Source: an uncultured Acidobacteriota bacterium
Lineage (GTDB): Bacteria > Acidobacteriota > Thermoanaerobaculia > UBA5066 > Gp7-AA6
Reading direction: 5' to 3'
DNA: 64,000 bases
Assembly: GCA_963764715.1 (NCBI GenBank)
Contig: CAVXTP010000022.1
Coordinates: 416,001-480,000 of the forward strand
The notes beneath the pieces were generated by a model, which was not told where the DNA came from, did not search any database, and was given only the letters and a program-made list of their open reading frames with translations. Both the position numbers and the translations under genes were made by a program. Shown piece after piece: positions 23,493-32,979 of the stretch; within the stretch, counting starts at the first letter, position 1; each line of letters starts with the position of its first letter.

Positions 23493-26312
23493 ATGCGAAC
23501 CTGGCGCCCAGCCGTTTGGGGTCTGGCCGGTGTTCTTCTCTCGAGCTGTCTCCACGCCGGCGTCAACCGCTGGACGACGCAGGGGCCGCTGACGGGCTAC
23601 GTCGACGCGCTCGCCGTCGACCCCGCATCGCCCGACATCGTTTACGCGGGCACGCGCCTCGGCGGTGTCTTCAAGAGCGCGAACGCAGGAGCGCACTGGA
23701 GCTCCGTGAGCCAGGGCTGGACCTACTTCGAGGGCGGGTTCTGGCCGCTCGCGCTGGCGATCGACCCGCAAACACCCTCGACGATCTATGCCGGAACGGC
23801 GGGAGGCGGGGTCTGGAAATCGACGGACGGCGGCAACACCTGGCGGCAGCGAGCGGATGGATTCGACCCCGTCGCGAAGACCGTCAACGGCCTCGCGATC
23901 GATCCCTCGCAGCCCGACACCATCTACGCGGCGACCAACAACGGCGTGTTTCGGAGCGTCGATGCGGGTTGCACGTGGGTTTCTTCCAACAGCGGCCTTC
24001 CGACCAATCCCACCTACTTCTACACGAACACGATCCAGATCGATCCGGCCGATCCCGCGACCTTGTACCTCGGCACCTTCGCGAACAGCCTCTTCAAGAG
24101 CACGAACGCCGGCGCGACCTGGTTTCCGGCGGGCAATGGCCTGCCCTACACGAACGTTTCCACGGTCGTCATCGATCCGGTCAACTCGACGCATCTCTTT
24201 CTCGCCGACGGGTTCTACATTCCCGACATTGGCGGCGGCACCGGTCTCGTTCTCGAGAGCGACGATGCCGCGGTCAGCTGGCATCCCGCGAGCACGTCCC
24301 TGCCCGACGGCTTCTACGGGTCGATTGCCTTCGACCCGGCGTCGCCCTTGACGGTCTACGCCGCCAGCCGTGGTCTGGGAGTCTTCCGAAGCGATGACGG
24401 CGGCGCCACCTGGTTTCCGAAATCCGCAGGCCTGCTGGACCTGCGGGTCGGGCCGCTGGCAGTCGGGCCGGGACAGCGCCTGGTCGCCGGCACGGACGGG
24501 TTCGGCGTGTTTCGAAGTGACGACGGGGCGGCCCACTGGGCGGCGGTCCCCACGGGGTTCGACGCGGCCCTGACGACGGGACTCTCGATCGGCGTCTCGA
24601 ATCCGGATGTCATCTTCGCCAGGGGCGAGTTCTTCCTGGACGGGCTCGCCCGCAGCGCCGACGCGGGACAGACCTGGCAGGTCGTCGGAAACGGGCTCCC
24701 GAGGCCTTCCGCGACCTATGCCGTGGCCGTCGATCCCGAGGATGCCGACGTCGTCTACGTGTCTCAACCGATCGCGGACGGCGGCCCCTGGGCCTTCAAG
24801 AGCACCAACGGCGGCGACACCTGGACGCAGATAACCACATCCGCCCTTTACGACAGGATCTACTACTTCTCCTTCGATCCCTCCGACCCCCAGGTGGTCT
24901 ATGCCGGGGGGTTCCTTTTCCACTGGTCCAACGACGGCGGGGCGACGTGGATGACTTCCTCGACTCCCCTCAACTTCCCCAGCCCGATCCTGGCGCGGCC
25001 GGGCGAGCCTCTGATCACCCTCTCTTCGCCGACGTCGTACACGAGGTACCCGTATCTCAGCACGGACGGCGGAGACACGTGGATCCTCTCCGCCACGGGA
25101 TTGCCGGACGCGACGGCCACGCTCGCCGCGGACCCCTCAGACGGTTCCCGCCTCTACGCGGGCACGCCCGGCCACGGGATCTACGTCTCGACCGACAGCG
25201 GAGCGACATGGACGCCGACGGGGGCCCCCGCGAACATCACCTTCGGCTCAATCGCCGTCGATCCCGGCGACTCGACCCATCTCGTCGCGACGGCGCAAGC
25301 GTACGTTCCGCCCGACACGACGCCGCCCGCCCTGGTGGCCTATCCCCCGCAAGGCGTGCTCGAGACCCGCGACGGCGGGGCGACCTGGGCGCCCCTCAAT
25401 CGCGGCCTCGATCCTCCGGCGCTTCAGGCGCTGGAGGTCGCCTTCGCTCCGGACGGGCAGACGATCTACCTGGCGACGCCGCAGAGCATCCAGGACTATT
25501 CGTTCTCGGCGTCACCGTGGCCGGCGCCCGGTCTCGTCACTCCGTCGAGCGGTCCCTCCGCGGGCGGCACGGCCGTGACGGTCGGAGGAAGAGCCTTCCA
25601 GATCGGCGCCGTGGTGTCCGTCGGAGGAAATGCGGCGACGGGCGTGACGGTCGTCGACACGGCCTCCATCACCGCCACGACGCCTTCCGGCGCGGCCGGG
25701 GCCGCCGATGTCCTCGTGCGTAACCCGGACGGCCAGTTCGAGACTCTGCCCCGCGGGTTCGTGTACGACTTCGACGACGTTCCGGCCGGGTCGGACTTCC
25801 ACTCCGGAGTCGTCCGGCTGGCCCAGGCCGGCGTGACGGCGGGCTGCGGCGGGAACAACTTCTGTCCGGCCGACTCGCTGACGCGCGGTCAAATGGCCGT
25901 GTTCCTCGAGAAGGCGCTGCACGGGCCCGATTTCGATCTCCCGAAGCCCCCGATCCATTTAGACGACGTCCTGCCCTGCTCCCCGGAAGGACCGTTCATC
26001 CTCCAGCTCGCATCCGAGGGCCTGACGGTCGGATGCGGCATCGACGTCTTCTGCCCCGACGCGCCCAACACCCGGGCGCAGGGCGCGGTCTTCATTTTGA
26101 AGGCGGTGCACGGCTCCGCTTACGAGCCGCCCCCGGCGACGGGGACCGTCTTCAGCGACGTCCCGGCGGGAGCGTTCGCCGCCGACTTCATCGAGCAGCT
26201 CGCCGCCGAAGGGCTGACGGTCGGCTGCGGGGGCGGCCTCTTCTGCCCCGACAATCCGCTCACCCGGGGCCAGGCGGCCGCGTACATCGCGCAGAGTCTG
26301 CTGGCGCCCTAG
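23493..26312 (+). CDS. Secreted BNR/Asp-box (sortilin/YCF48-like) beta-propeller protein with IPT/TIG domain and C-terminal SLH-like repeats
   Basis: Signal peptide; many S.DGG.TW repeats; P.SGP.AGGT.VT IPT/TIG motif; three GC.....CP....TR.Q.A repeats. Confidence 0.85.
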   Translation: MRTWRPAVWGLAGVLLSSCLHAGVNRWTTQGPLTGYVDALAVDPASPDIVYAGTRLGGVFKSANAGAHWSSVSQGWTYFEGGFWPLALAIDPQTPSTIYAGTAGGGVWKSTDGGNTWRQRADGFDPVAKTVNGLAIDPSQPDTIYAATNNGVFRSVDAGCTWVSSNSGLPTNPTYFYTNTIQIDPADPATLYLGTFANSLFKSTNAGATWFPAGNGLPYTNVSTVVIDPVNSTHLFLADGFYIPDIGGGTGLVLESDDAAVSWHPASTSLPDGFYGSIAFDPASPLTVYAASRGLGVFRSDDGGATWFPKSAGLLDLRVGPLAVGPGQRLVAGTDGFGVFRSDDGAAHWAAVPTGFDAALTTGLSIGVSNPDVIFARGEFFLDGLARSADAGQTWQVVGNGLPRPSATYAVAVDPEDADVVYVSQPIADGGPWAFKSTNGGDTWTQITTSALYDRIYYFSFDPSDPQVVYAGGFLFHWSNDGGATWMTSSTPLNFPSPILARPGEPLITLSSPTSYTRYPYLSTDGGDTWILSATGLPDATATLAADPSDGSRLYAGTPGHGIYVSTDSGATWTPTGAPANITFGSIAVDPGDSTHLVATAQAYVPPDTTPPALVAYPPQGVLETRDGGATWAPLNRGLDPPALQALEVAFAPDGQTIYLATPQSIQDYSFSASPWPAPGLVTPSSGPSAGGTAVTVGGRAFQIGAVVSVGGNAATGVTVVDTASITATTPSGAAGAADVLVRNPDGQFETLPRGFVYDFDDVPAGSDFHSGVVRLAQAGVTAGCGGNNFCPADSLTRGQMAVFLEKALHGPDFDLPKPPIHLDDVLPCSPEGPFILQLASEGLTVGCGIDVFCPDAPNTRAQGAVFILKAVHGSAYEPPPATGTVFSDVPAGAFAADFIEQLAAEGLTVGCGGGLFCPDNPLTRGQAAAYIAQSLLAP

Positions 26313-26370
26313 CGGCTGTCGCCGAACCCGTCAGCCGTGGACTCCGGGCGTCGCCGTGCGCGAAAAGGCC

Positions 26371-27015
26371 TCAGGAGAGGTTGTGCTGACGCGCGAACGC
26401 GACGGCCGCGATCCGCGTGTGGACGTCGAGCTTCTGGAGGACGCTGTTCACGTGGTTGCGGACGGTGACGGCGGAAATGAAGAGTTTGAGGCTGATCGCA
26501 GCGGTCGACAGACCCTCGACGAGACAACGGAGAATCTCCCGCTCCCGCGCCGTGAAGGACACCGTTTCGCCTCCGTCGGTCACGATGGGCTCGAGGGGCT
26601 CGCGCGATTCGGAGCTCGTCCGGCTCACGGTCGGCGAGACCGTGGTTTCGCGGAGTATGTGGACGAGTGTCGCGAGGGCCGGGTGGTACGAGGGTATGGA
26701 AAAGAGCGAACTCAAGACGGTCCTTGTGGAACCGTCGGCCGCCTGCACGTTCAACACGAAAGGACAAACGGGGCGCGCGCGATCTTCGCGCGCCTGGTGC
26801 GCGGCCGGACAACTTTGCTGGCAGTACTCGTTGTCGTTTCCGTCCCGACCCTTGACGACTTCGTGGCAAGGTTTCCCCATCACGGAGCGCGCCGGCAACC
26901 CGACCAGTGATTCGCAGGCCTTGTTCCAGCGGATGATCCGATTGCGCGCATCCATGACAAACACGGCTTCGCCGCTCCGAGAGATCCGATCGACGGTCTC
27001 ACCGAGAGATTTCAC
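26371..27015 (-). CDS. PAS + LuxR-type HTH transcriptional regulator
   Basis: PAS start (VFVMD...IIRWNKACE.LVG) and HTH TAREREIL..LVEG.ST..I...LFIS..TVRNHV..VLQKL. Start uncertain (GTG 27015; ORF open to 27150). Confidence 0.88.
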   Translation of the reverse strand: MKSLGETVDRISRSGEAVFVMDARNRIIRWNKACESLVGLPARSVMGKPCHEVVKGRDGNDNEYCQQSCPAAHQAREDRARPVCPFVLNVQAADGSTRTVLSSLFSIPSYHPALATLVHILRETTVSPTVSRTSSESREPLEPIVTDGGETVSFTAREREILRCLVEGLSTAAISLKLFISAVTVRNHVNSVLQKLDVHTRIAAVAFARQHNLS

Positions 27016-27264
27016 GGCAGCCCCCCAAAGTCGTTCCTGGCGGACGCGGGCTGGCAAGCAGGCGAGGGTCCGGAACGGTTCATCTCGCATCATACGTCTC
27101 AAACGAACGAAAACGGATTCGCTCGGGCCGAACTTCGGCGGGTGCGACATGACAAGAAGTAACCTGCTGAATCCATTGCTCCAATCCGATCGGCCCGGCG
27201 GGCTGCCGTGCTACTCTGACGCCTCGTGCGTCGTCTCGCGCGCCTTCGAGCCAGACTTTCTGAA

Positions 27265-28233
27265 ATGACCCGGGCATCAGCGCACGGCGCCGCTCCTCCC
27301 CCGCCGAGAACAGCGATCGAGATCTACGACGAGCTCGTCGCCAGTCTCGCGTTCGATCCGAAGCACCCGGCCTGGCTTCCCGCCCTTCGGGACGTGCATC
27401 GGCACTCCCGCTCCCGCCGTCTTCAGGTCATTCCGGACTTCTTCTACACACCCGTCTTCTCCCCGTCCGATCTGCCGAACGCGGTCTGGGACGCGACCTT
27501 TCCGGACTGCGGCCGGTTCGATCTCGCCGCGCAGCGGGCGTATCTGGCGGACGCGGCCGCGTTTCGGGACGAGCTCGCCGCCTTTCCGGTCGAGGCCGGC
27601 GCGGCGGCGGAGACGACGTACTACTGGAACAACGACCAGTTCAGCCATGCCGACGCCGCGCTCTACTACGCTCTCATTCGGCGGCTGCGGCCGAGGCGCG
27701 TCGTGGAAGTCGGATCCGGACACTCGACCAAGCTCGCGCTCGAGGCCGTCCGGAAGAACGGCACGGGGTCGATCCTCTGCATCGAGCCGCACCCGCCCGC
27801 CTGGCTCCGGACGATGTCGGGCCCGATCGAGGTCCAGCCCGTGCCGGTCCAGGACGCGTCCGAGTCGGTATTCCTCGACCTCGGGCCGGGCGACATCCTG
27901 TTCATCGACGGCTCGCACATCTCGAAGACCGGTTCCGACGTCAATCATCTCTTCCTGCGCGTCCTTCCGAGGCTCCCGGCGGGCGTCCTCGTCCAGGTCC
28001 ACGACATCTGCCTGCCGTTCGAGTACGCGCGATACTGGTCGGAAGAGCACTTCCTCTACTGGAACGAGCAGTACGTTCTGGCCGCCCTGCTCGCCAACAG
28101 CCGAAAGTTCGAGGTGCTCGTCGGCGTCTATTACCTGCACAAGACGGACCCGAGCGTTCTGCGCGCGCTGATCCCGGATCTGCCCGGAGTGCTGCCGGGA
28201 GGCGGGAGTCTCTGGCTGAAGACGATCGCCTGA
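27265..28233 (+). CDS. Class I SAM-dependent methyltransferase (Methyltransf_24-like)
   Basis: VVEVGSGHST, LFIDGSH, HDI.LP.EY, WNEQY motifs. Confidence 0.85.
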   Translation: MTRASAHGAAPPPPRTAIEIYDELVASLAFDPKHPAWLPALRDVHRHSRSRRLQVIPDFFYTPVFSPSDLPNAVWDATFPDCGRFDLAAQRAYLADAAAFRDELAAFPVEAGAAAETTYYWNNDQFSHADAALYYALIRRLRPRRVVEVGSGHSTKLALEAVRKNGTGSILCIEPHPPAWLRTMSGPIEVQPVPVQDASESVFLDLGPGDILFIDGSHISKTGSDVNHLFLRVLPRLPAGVLVQVHDICLPFEYARYWSEEHFLYWNEQYVLAALLANSRKFEVLVGVYYLHKTDPSVLRALIPDLPGVLPGGGSLWLKTIA

Positions 28234-28297
28234 CCCGCGTCCCGGCCGCGCCGCGGCGACATGGACTCCGGCCGCATGTCGTGGGAGAGTGCGCGCC

Positions 28298-30847
28298 ATG
28301 AGCTCGACGACGATTCGCCTTGCGGCCCTCGCCTGCCTGATCGCCGGCTTCGCCTCCGCTCCCGCCTCGCTCGCGGAGCGCCAGCCGGTCCTGAAGCAGA
28401 TCAACGAGCCGCACCCCTACTACTACCGGGAGATGTACCTCCCGCAGGTGACGAGCGGGCCGAGCGCGGCGGCCTGGTCACCGGACGGAACGGAGCTCGT
28501 CTACGCGATGCAGGGCACGCTCTGGCGGCAGCGGCTCGGCTCGGACGAAGCGACGCAGCTGACGGACGGGCCGGGCTACGACTCCGAGCCGGACTGGTCG
28601 CCGGACGGGAAGCAGATCCTCTACACGTCCTACCGCAACGACGCGCTGGAGCTCTGGGTCCTGGATCTTTCCGACGGGTCCGCCCGGGCGCTCGTCGCGA
28701 ACGGGGCCGTCAATCTGGACGCTCGGTGGTCGCCGGACGGCTCGCGGATCGCCTACGTCTCGACCGCCTTCCAGGGCCGCTTCCACGTGTTCGTCCTCCC
28801 GGTCGCCGCCGGAAGGGCCGCCGGCGACGCGACGCGCATCACGGAGGACGTCGACAGCAAGCTCCCCCGCTATTACTACTCGAAGTTCGACCAGTACCTC
28901 TCGCCGACGTGGTCGCCGGACGGAAAGGAGGTCATCCTCATTTCCAACCGGGGCGACGTCTGGGGCTCGGGCGACCTCTGGCGCATGGAGGCGCGGCCGG
29001 GCGCGCCCATGCGGCTCGTGCGAAAGGAGGAGACCAACTGGAAGGCGCGGCCCGACTGGGCGCGCGACGGAAAGCGCGTGGTCTACAGCTCGTACCTCGG
29101 GCGCCAGCGCAACCAGCTCTGGCTGACGACGGCCGAGGGCGGGAGCCCGTTCGAGCTGACGTACTGCGAGTGCGACCACACGCGGCCGCGCTGGTCCCGC
29201 GACGGCCGGCGCATCGCGTTCGTCTCGAACGAGGACGGCAACGTCTCGCTCCGCGTGGTGGCCATCCCCGATGGGACCGTCGAAACGGTCGCCGCTTCGA
29301 AGCGACGGTATCTCCGGCCGACCGGCGCCCTCCACGTGACCGTCACCGACGCCTCCGGCGCGCCGGTGCCCGTCCGCTTGTCGGTCACGGGCGCCGACGG
29401 CCGGGGCTGGGCGCCCGACGACGCATGGCGGCACGCCGACGACGGGTTCGACCGGAAGGTGCGGCCCTTCGAGATCACGTATTTCCACGCGCCCGGCGCG
29501 GCGGAGCTGACGCTTCCGGCGGGCCGGTACACGGTTCTCGCGACGCACGGTCTCGAGTCCGCGCCGGCGAAGGTCGTGGTCGACGTCGTCGCCGGGAGCA
29601 CGGTCGCCGCGAGCCTCCGGCTCGAGCGCCTGATGGACCTCCCGTCCCGGGGCTGGTGGAGCGGAGACCTGCACGTTCACATGAATTACGGCGGCGCCTA
29701 CCGGAACGACCCGGCGCGCCTGTGCGCGCAGGCCGAAGCCGAGGACCTGCACGTGGTCGAGAACCTCATCGTCAACAAGGAGCAGCGGATCCCGGACGTC
29801 GCGCTCTTCCGCGGGAGCCTCGACCCGGTCTCGACCGCGGCGACGCTCGTCCGGCACGACGAGGAGTTCCACACGAGCTGGTGGGGCCACACCGGGCATC
29901 TCGGTCTCACCCGGAACCTGATCCTGCCCAACTACGCGGGGTACTTCGACACGGCCGCGGCGAGCCTCTTCCCCGACAACTCGACGATCTTCGACCTCGC
30001 GCACGCCCAGGCGGGCGTCTCCGGCTACGTCCATCCCTTCGACCCGCCGGCGCCCGACCCCGACGGCCCCGACGCGCTGACGAACGCGCTGCCGGTCGAC
30101 GTCGCGCTCGGGAAGAGCGACTACCTGGAGATCGTGGGATTCTCCGACCACCGCATCACGGCGGACGTCTGGTACCGGCTGCTCAACTGCGGATTCCGGA
30201 TTCCCGCCGGGGGCGGCACGGACGCGATGGCCAACTACGCGTCGCTGCGGGGACCCGTCGGCATGAACCGCGTGTTCGTCCGCTCGGGGCCGGAGCTCGA
30301 CGACAGGACCTGGCTCGCGGGCCTGAAAGCCGGGAAGACCTTCGCGACGAATGGTCCCCTCCTGTCCTTCACGCTCGACGGCCGTGAGATCGGCGACGAG
30401 ATCGCGCTGGCGCCGGGCGCCCGGACCCTGACCGCCCGGGTCGAGATGCGCTCTCTCGTGCCCGTCGAGAAGCTCGAGATCGTCTCGAACGGCGCCGTCG
30501 TCGCCACGGTGCCGATGTCTGCGGGTGGGACGCGGGCGGACGCCACGCTTCCCGTCCCGGCCGGGGGCAGCGGCTGGTACGTCTTGCGCGCGTGGTCGGC
30601 CGGCGCGGCGGAGCCGGTCCTCGACATCTACCCGTACGCCACGACGAGCCCGATCTACGTGACGGTTGGCGGCCGCCCGGTCCGGAGCGCGCCGGATGCG
30701 AACTTCTTCGTCCGCTGGATCGAACGCCTCGAGTCGGCGGCCGCCGCGCACGCCGGGTGGAACACCGCGGCGGAGAAGTCCGAAGTCCTGGAGCGGCTCG
30801 CGGCCGCCAGGGCGGCGTTCCGGAAACGGGCCGACGAGGCCCGGTAG
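28298..30847 (+). CDS. Secreted TolB-like (PD40 repeat) protein with CehA/McbA-family PHP metallohydrolase domain
   Basis: Signal peptide; WSPDG repeats; W.SGDLHVH, YVHP, WYRLLNCG, GTDA, TNGP motifs. Confidence 0.82.
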   Translation: MSSTTIRLAALACLIAGFASAPASLAERQPVLKQINEPHPYYYREMYLPQVTSGPSAAAWSPDGTELVYAMQGTLWRQRLGSDEATQLTDGPGYDSEPDWSPDGKQILYTSYRNDALELWVLDLSDGSARALVANGAVNLDARWSPDGSRIAYVSTAFQGRFHVFVLPVAAGRAAGDATRITEDVDSKLPRYYYSKFDQYLSPTWSPDGKEVILISNRGDVWGSGDLWRMEARPGAPMRLVRKEETNWKARPDWARDGKRVVYSSYLGRQRNQLWLTTAEGGSPFELTYCECDHTRPRWSRDGRRIAFVSNEDGNVSLRVVAIPDGTVETVAASKRRYLRPTGALHVTVTDASGAPVPVRLSVTGADGRGWAPDDAWRHADDGFDRKVRPFEITYFHAPGAAELTLPAGRYTVLATHGLESAPAKVVVDVVAGSTVAASLRLERLMDLPSRGWWSGDLHVHMNYGGAYRNDPARLCAQAEAEDLHVVENLIVNKEQRIPDVALFRGSLDPVSTAATLVRHDEEFHTSWWGHTGHLGLTRNLILPNYAGYFDTAAASLFPDNSTIFDLAHAQAGVSGYVHPFDPPAPDPDGPDALTNALPVDVALGKSDYLEIVGFSDHRITADVWYRLLNCGFRIPAGGGTDAMANYASLRGPVGMNRVFVRSGPELDDRTWLAGLKAGKTFATNGPLLSFTLDGREIGDEIALAPGARTLTARVEMRSLVPVEKLEIVSNGAVVATVPMSAGGTRADATLPVPAGGSGWYVLRAWSAGAAEPVLDIYPYATTSPIYVTVGGRPVRSAPDANFFVRWIERLESAAAAHAGWNTAAEKSEVLERLAAARAAFRKRADEAR

Positions 30848-30875
30848 CCGGGGCCCGGCTCTCGCCGAGCCCCGG
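30848..30875. terminator. Hairpin between convergent genes
   Basis: CCGGGGC-c-CGGC tctc GCCG-a-GCCCCGG. Confidence 0.45.
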
Positions 30876-30886
30876 GGGCCGAAGCT

Positions 30887-32836
30887 CTACGGGCCGTAGA
30901 GCAGAAGGCCGAACGTCTTGACGAGGAAGACCGCCATCTGTCCGCGGGTGTTGGGGTCGTCCGGGCAGTAGTTCCCGCCGCCGCAGCCGCCGGTGATTCC
31001 CTCGGCCGCGAGCTGCTCGATCCAGTCCGCGAAACCGCTCGGACACGGCACGTCCCCGAAGGTTCCCGTGCAGGCCGGCGGCACGTAGGACGAGCCGTGC
31101 TTCGACTTCAGGAGGAAGACCGCCATCTGGGCGCGGGTCACCGGGTTGTTCGGGCAGTAATTTCCGCTGCCGCAGCCGCCGGTCACCTTGAAGCCGGAGA
31201 GGGCCTCGATCCACGCCGAGGCGAAGGTTCCGGTGGTCACGTCGTTGAAGACGGTTCCGGTCGCCGGGGGCGGAACGTACGGCGTTCCGAACCGCGCCTT
31301 GAGGAGGAAGACCGCCATCTGCGCGCGGGTCACCGAGTTGCCGGGGCAGTAGTTGCCGAGGCCGCATCCGCCGGTGACCTGGCTGTGGAAGAGGGTCTCG
31401 ATGAACCGGTAGAACTGGTTGGACTTCGGCACGTCGGGGAAGCTCTCGCCGATGTGGAGCGTCCATTCCTTCGCGATCCCGTCGGGGCTCACGGTTTCGG
31501 TGAAGGTCGCATCCCAGTGCGGCTGGGGACGAGTGCCCGTCACCGTCATAAGGTAGCAATCGCCCGTGGCGTCGTTGCAGTCGGTGATCGACTCCGCGGG
31601 CACCGTACCGTAATCGGAGGAGGTGTCGTCGATCGTGTATGAAGGTCCGACGGGGCCCGTCAGACTCGATGCGACCCCAGTGATGGCATGGTCAGTCACG
31701 AGGGTGTTCTCCCAGCTCGGATCGACCTGCACGGTTTCCCCCGGTTCGAGAACGCCATTGGCGTCGGATACCGAGCCCGTGACGCTTCGCGCGTCGACCT
31801 CCATGGGCTGCGGCGTGACCGGGGCGGTCGTGATTCGCCCAATCCGGTTGCCCCACCGCTCACAAAACCATAGCGCGCCATCGGGCCCAACACCGATGCC
31901 GTAGGGCCGGCTGTCAGGGTTCGGAAGCGGGAACTCGGTGATGACCCCAGCTATCGTGATGCGTCCGACCATGTTGCCGAAATGTTCGGTAAACCAGACG
32001 TTTCCGTCCGGACCGGCGACGAGGTAGTCCGGCGTCGCCTGCGGCGGGCCGCCCTGCGGGAGCGGGAATTCCGTAATGACGCCCGCCGGCGTGATGCGTC
32101 CAATCTGCAACGCCGTCCCCTCCGAGAACCAGAGGTTTCCGTCCGGGCCGACGGTGATGTTCCATGGATCGCTGTCGGCCGTCGGGATCGGGAACTCCGT
32201 GATGACGCCCGTCGTCGTGATTCGTCCGATCTTGTTTCCCGCCTGCTCAACGAACCAGAGGTTGCCGTCGGGGCCGGCCGTGATGCCATCCGGCCGGGCG
32301 TTGCCCGTCGGAACGGTGTACTCGGTGAAAACGCCGGCCATGGTGAGTTTGCCGATCTTGTTCTTGGAAGCCTCCGTAAACCAGATGAGGCCGTCTGGAC
32401 CCGTAGCGACGCCTTCCGGCTCGCTCGACGCCGTTGGGATCGGGAATTCAACGATCACGCCGTCGGTCGTGATCCTCCCCAGTTTGTTCCCGGCAAACTC
32501 GGTGAACCAGAGGTTGCCGTCCGGACCGACGATTATCGTTTCGGGGTGGCTGTCGGCCGTCGGGATTGGAAACTCCGTGATGACACCGCTCGGCGTCATA
32601 CGGCCAATCTTGTTGGTGTCTTCCTCGCAGAACCAGAGGTTACCGTCGGGCCCCGTAACGATACCTTCGGGCCGGCTGAAGGCCGTGGGGATCGGAGTTT
32701 CCGTGATGACCTGAGCTTGGGCGGGCGCCGCCGTGCCCGCGCAGATTACCAGAAGGGCAACCGTGGCCGCGCTCCGCCAGGGGCGCGCTCCCTCGCCGCA
32801 AACCGCTCCCGGCCGCCGAAACTGACTCGTTCGCAT
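30887..32836 (-). CDS. Secreted virginiamycin-B-lyase-like (Vgb) beta-propeller protein with C-terminal SLH-like repeats
   Basis: Seven GPDG.(L/I/V)WF.E...N.IGRIT..G.ITEFP.P repeats, a linker domain, then F.DVP / GCG.GNYCP...TR.QMAVFL repeats. Start set at MRTSQF. Confidence 0.87.
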   Translation of the reverse strand: MRTSQFRRPGAVCGEGARPWRSAATVALLVICAGTAAPAQAQVITETPIPTAFSRPEGIVTGPDGNLWFCEEDTNKIGRMTPSGVITEFPIPTADSHPETIIVGPDGNLWFTEFAGNKLGRITTDGVIVEFPIPTASSEPEGVATGPDGLIWFTEASKNKIGKLTMAGVFTEYTVPTGNARPDGITAGPDGNLWFVEQAGNKIGRITTTGVITEFPIPTADSDPWNITVGPDGNLWFSEGTALQIGRITPAGVITEFPLPQGGPPQATPDYLVAGPDGNVWFTEHFGNMVGRITIAGVITEFPLPNPDSRPYGIGVGPDGALWFCERWGNRIGRITTAPVTPQPMEVDARSVTGSVSDANGVLEPGETVQVDPSWENTLVTDHAITGVASSLTGPVGPSYTIDDTSSDYGTVPAESITDCNDATGDCYLMTVTGTRPQPHWDATFTETVSPDGIAKEWTLHIGESFPDVPKSNQFYRFIETLFHSQVTGGCGLGNYCPGNSVTRAQMAVFLLKARFGTPYVPPPATGTVFNDVTTGTFASAWIEALSGFKVTGGCGSGNYCPNNPVTRAQMAVFLLKSKHGSSYVPPACTGTFGDVPCPSGFADWIEQLAAEGITGGCGGGNYCPDDPNTRGQMAVFLVKTFGLLLYGP

Positions 32837-32979
32837 CAATCTGCCTCCCGCATTCCGTCTCTTCCGCGCGAAGCAACAACGATGCCGACGGCCCTTCGCC
32901 GGGGACGCTCGATACCGAGGTGCTCGTTTGGAAGAGCGCAGGATAACAGAACCGGCCCCCGGCCGACCCGGGACCGGGC

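Noticed and set aside
27016-27264. Riboswitch or ncRNA in the AT-richer luxR/methyltransferase intergenic region
   Set aside because: I could not recognise any conserved aptamer motif. An Rfam/Infernal scan would be needed.
31800-32720. ~126-bp periodic repeats as a possible CRISPR array or DGR-type repeat
   Set aside because: They are degenerate in-frame coding repeats of a Vgb-like beta-propeller. There are no identical repeats with unique spacers and no cas or reverse transcriptase genes.
30887-32836. Streptogramin B resistance gene (vgb)
   Set aside because: The signal peptide, SLH-like anchor and generic repeats indicate a surface propeller protein. Resistance function cannot be supported.
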